From contig JAMWBK010000011.1 of NCBI GenBank assembly GCA_029953675.1, positions 1,116,001 to 1,180,000 of the forward strand: a stretch of DNA of 64,000 nucleotides, given 5' to 3'. The position numbers and the translations under genes are program-made. This document shows positions 59,977 to 64,000 of this stretch, piece by piece. The notes under the pieces are model-generated. The model searched no databases. It saw only the letters and a program-made list of their open reading frames with translations, and was not told the origin of the DNA. The stretch comes from Rhodosorus marinus CCMP1338 (Eukaryota; Plantae; Rhodophyta). Position 1 is the stretch's first letter, and each line of letters opens with the position of its first letter.

Positions 59977-61611
59977 CAAGTGTTTTTGCTAATCTCAACG
60001 AATATATTTGAAATTAGGAATAAACATATTACATGGATGTTCTGAGCGTTTGGACGCTTAGAGAGAGAATATGTTTTTGGATGTAACACTGGGGTAAGTA
60101 TCGTGAATCGTTTCGTTGAAATGAGTGAGCAGAGTGTCAGGCTACCAGCACTAAAAGAGGGTGGAATCCAATGACAACTGTCCTTTTAATCCAAAGAACA
60201 GAAGGCATGTGACTGAGATAGCGAAGTTCGTTCTTACTCCGAACGCTGTGCTTGTAGCCAATGGTAGAGTATATTGACTAATCCGCGTAAAAACGTAAGG
60301 CCAGGGTTGAGAGCACGAAGTCTGAAGAATGTCTTCAATGCGAGCGGTTGATTTCCTAGCAAACGCTGACGAGTGTGGCGAGGTTTTGAGGTGCGATGCA
60401 GTAGATTTTACTCGCGTACTAAAGGTTTTAGAACGGAAGCGCACAGCCGGGTTGCTACTTAAAGGGCACGGAGTTCCACGAGCTTGGACAATCAGAGACC
60501 TTCAGAGAATTTCTAATCGGTACCCCTCCGTGGATACGGGACTCTGTGATTGAAGTTCGGAGCAGCTCCAACTCATGAGGTCGGTCAGGCGGAATTCTTG
60601 ATTGTGAATTTTAACATGGCATGCGGTCGCGTGAGGACATGGAAGTAAACAATGAGTCCCTCCTTGATTACCAGTTGGAAGGAGGGAGGGTGGAACTTTG
60701 GTTGTTGGTTCATCACTAGAAAATAACGTATAGGAGCGAAACATGGCGCCACTCCGAAAGCATAGATGTCGATACCCCGTTGGGATGGCATGTGCATGAA
60801 TCTCGAGAGTTCAAGTGATCAATGCTTATCCTAAGAGTGCAAAATTACGGATGCTCTTAACCTCCAACTCTCGTGGGAACATGCATGACTCAACTCCCTA
60901 GCAACACGTCGCACGGTGGAAGGTCTCCGCAGTCCCTTTCGGGACTTAGTTGTACTCTTTACGTTTTGACTCATCCGTAAGCGAGCCCCTTGCCAACTAA
61001 CCGTTTTTCACAACGCTTTACCACGCAGCGGAGTCCGTCTTCTACATTAAAAACGTTAGCCTCAGCCCATTTCTACCAGTACTGTCAGTACAATCCCCGC
61101 ATAAGCCAATCAAACCATACCCAAATCAACTTAACCCAACAATACCTATCCACGCGTCTCATTTCACCTCACCACCCAATCACCAAACTCCCGACATCGC
61201 ATTCACCTATTTTTGGAAAAACATAAAATGACTGATACGAACTTTATGTTTCAAAAATATAAATCCCCGCTGAGATTGCCAACCATTTAATGTGTAACAC
61301 CTGTCCTATCGAGTCATAATGACTGTGTATCCCGTATTATTAAATCAATTATTAACACGTGTCTTTCAAATATAAATAATGATTGGCGGTAGTTTAGCCC
61401 ATTTCGTTGGTCGATGGCGTTCATAGCAATAGCTCCCCTTGAACGTTTATATGGAGGTGGACATGCACACCTGTTGCTTTGGAGTGGGTGAAGATGAAGG
61501 GTTGGAGGATTGCGAGGGAGTAGAGAGAGGATGCGACAAGTCTTAGCTGTCTAGTAGAATCTGAAAGCTTTGGTTTATATTTGAGGATTGCGTAGGAGTC
61601 GTGTTGAGAAG

Positions 61612-62234
61612 ATGGGAGGTAGTGGGTTAAAGGTTGTGTTGTTCTGTCTGTTTGCGGGGTGCTTGTTCACTAGTGACTGCGAGGCCAAGAGGCCGAAGCA
61701 TACGAAGTATTATGAAGTTCTGGAAGTAGACCCGGAGGCGTCTATGGGTAAGTGAATGGGGAAGGCTGTTGGGCTAGACAATGCAGGAGAACGTGCTAAC
61801 GAACTTGTTTTCCATGCCGTATGCGTCTGGTTCTTTGCTCTGGGATAGAAGCGGTGAAGAAGTCCTACAGAGCGCTGGCAAAGGAGTACCACCCTGATCG
61901 TCGGCCGAACGATCCCGATGCTATCAAAAAGTTTCAGACCATTGCTGACGGTAAATACTGGACACCTCCGATGGTTTGTCTTGGTTTCTTGTCTTCGCTT
62001 AACCGTATTTGTCTCTTGTGATATCAATTAGCTTATGAAGTACTCAGTGACGAGAAAAAGAGACTGATATACGATGAGGAGGGCGAAGCTGGGTTAAAGG
62101 GATCGCGGTTCGAGTGGACTAAGAGAACCTGGAGCAACGCCCGGCAGCGAGCTGGAGCCGCCGTGAAGAAGATATGGAGTTTCGGGTTCAAATTCTTTAA
62201 TATCCAATTCGACTTTGAATTCACAGCTAAGTAG
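61612..62234 (+). CDS. Small J-domain (DnaJ) protein with signal peptide, probably ER (3 exons)
   Basis: Signal peptide, then YYEVLEV...KKSYRALAKEYHPDR...FQTIAD|AYEVLSDEKKRLIYD, with the HPD motif intact. Confidence 0.9.
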
Positions 62235-63042
62235 CCTGTGAAACGGCTCACCACGGGAGAATTTTTTCTGTTTATATCAACAATCATTTCTTATAGGTTC
62301 ACAGGGCTTCCCGCAAAAGACAAAACTCCCATTAAACGGGAGTACAAACCCCATCCAGAGTTATTACCTCGGGACCAAGACCTCTGTTTCTCCTCTCAGG
62401 AACCTGCAGATATCGTTGCTTCCATATTCTACACCACTATGTCAGTCCGAACTTGGCCTCGCTAGTAGTAGCCAACTCTAGTGCCCTAGACATGCCCACT
62501 AAGGGGAGCGGTCGTTCACCAGGAGACATCTTTGAGGAGCGAATGACTCGGGCCACTCAAGCCGTGCGCTATCGGTAATAAAGGAAGAGCCCCAGCTTCG
62601 GTGTCTCCGACGAGATTCTGAAGCTGCATTCTGCCGCCTTTTGTAGCTTCGAGCCGCCACGCACACTGTTTAAAGACGGAACCTAACTTGCACCTAGCGA
62701 GATCTACGCCCACAGGATTCCCTAGAAGACGAGTCAACATCCGTCCAAAACGGGAAGCTGGTTTTTACAATACCCATTTGCTTTAACAGACGGCAAGGCT
62801 CGGTGTTGAAATAAAACAGCGCCGAGTGTCCATATCCTCTTAGTCAAGACATGGCCATTGCACTAGCCCTGGCGATCGTCGATTCTGTCAGCGTTTTTGT
62901 GTTTCTTGGATACACGAACAAATGAACCAACGAGGTCCCTACTAGGACATGCTTAATGGAATACGTAGAACTGGGGATCAAGGAGACTTGGAGCAACACA
63001 GAATAGCTTTCTGCTTCCAGTTACTAAGACTAGGTCGGTTCA

Positions 63043-63093
63043 CTGCGGGATTCCTTCCGTGATGGCTACGATCAGCGTCATCTCCGCGTTTAC
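63043..63093 (-). pseudogene. Inverted fragment copied from the neighbouring succinyl-CoA ligase alpha exon 2
   Basis: The reverse complement matches 63903-63953 at 47/51 nt (VNAEM(T/P)[11 protein letters not shown]), then stops. Confidence 0.85.
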
Positions 63094-63463
63094 GAATCCT
63101 CCATACCTCCTGCAGCGACGGGGGTAACCACCGTGGTAACGCATTCGCAACATTCGCGACCATTTTTTCATCGTCTTGACGAATTGAAGAAGTTGGACAC
63201 ATACGGAGCAACAAGTGAGCAAACAGCTCACGCGTCTAGTCACAGAGGCCGAAACGAGACTGCTTCGCGCCGTTTCATCAATTCCTTACCAGAATCTGAT
63301 ATTTCATTCTTGTCCAGTTAGCCAATGTCTAACGGATATTTTTCGATCGATATTGGATAGCGTGGCAATGTTTTATATGGAGTTCTGGGGTGGCGGGGGT
63401 GGTGAAGGTAGCTGACCAGCTTCAGTCGCTATTGGATTTTTGCACTTTTTTCGTGTATTCAAT

Positions 63464-64000
63464 ATGGCAATTACTGGATATTTGATGCGTCCGCTTCATC
63501 GCGGAAGCTGTCTTCCGAGACCATGGAGGAATTTGAGCAGTTCAGCTGAATCTGGGCTGCCGATGCCGTACGTGGATAAGACGACGAAGGTGCTTATTCA
63601 AGGGTTTACTGGGAAGCAGGGCACGTTCCATTCAGAGCAGGCGATTTCTTATGGGACTAATGTTGTAGGAGGAACGAATCCGAAGAAGGCTGGCTCACTT
63701 CATCTTGATAGACCTGTGTTTGCCAGCGTCGAAGAGGTATGTCTTGGCTTTCCCATCGATACGGGATCTCTTTGATATATTGTTGTTCAGTATCTGTCTT
63801 CCTCACTTCTTTGTAATATTCAAGGCGATAAAAGAAACCGGCGCGAATGCGTCAGCAATCTACGTACCACCCTCTGGTGCCGCAGCTGCAATCGAGGAGG
63901 CGGTGAACGCGGAGATGCCGCTGATCGTAGCCATCACAGAAGGAATCCCACAGCGTGATATGGTCAGGGTCAAGGCACTAATGAAGGCCAGTCGAAAGTC
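63464..64000 (+). CDS. SUCLG1: Succinyl-CoA ligase alpha subunit, mitochondrial (intron 63737-63824; 3' end beyond window)
   Basis: [34 protein letters not shown]...VEE|[16 protein letters not shown]...[14 protein letters not shown], with an N-terminal presequence. Confidence 0.96.

Overview
Eukaryotic nuclear DNA from a compact genome with short (about 45-170 nt) spliceosomal introns. It is most likely a red alga (inference from MAF/MAFV-type plastid transit peptides, a cyanobacterial-type gene and a plant-type C2-PLD). The window has two parts. (1) About 1-29 kb is a gene-poor region holding four intronless paralogous secreted glycoside hydrolases that resemble bacterial GH86 beta-porphyranase/agarase. 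All four keep the NEP acid/base Glu and the (T/S)E(S/M)G nucleophile. One is cut by the window edge and is missing from the ORF track, one is a strongly basic single-module enzyme, and two are 1744-aa and 1923-aa proteins carrying 6 and 7 Cys-paired CBM-like modules on P/T-rich linkers. They are interspersed with hairpin/inverted repeats and decayed ORFs. (2) About 29.7-64 kb is a dense block of intron-containing housekeeping genes: PPPDE-PUL, RluA, C2-PLD, tRNA-Asp, SRP19, NC2-alpha, triple-domain Hsp20, HAD-IIA, alpha/beta hydrolase, a cyanobacterial-type plastid protein, PWWP-TFIIS-N, Rieske, zf-DNL, LDH, DnaJ and succinyl-CoA ligase alpha. The top lead is the eukaryotic GH86-like/CBM-array cluster. 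All family assignments come from motif recognition, not from database searches.
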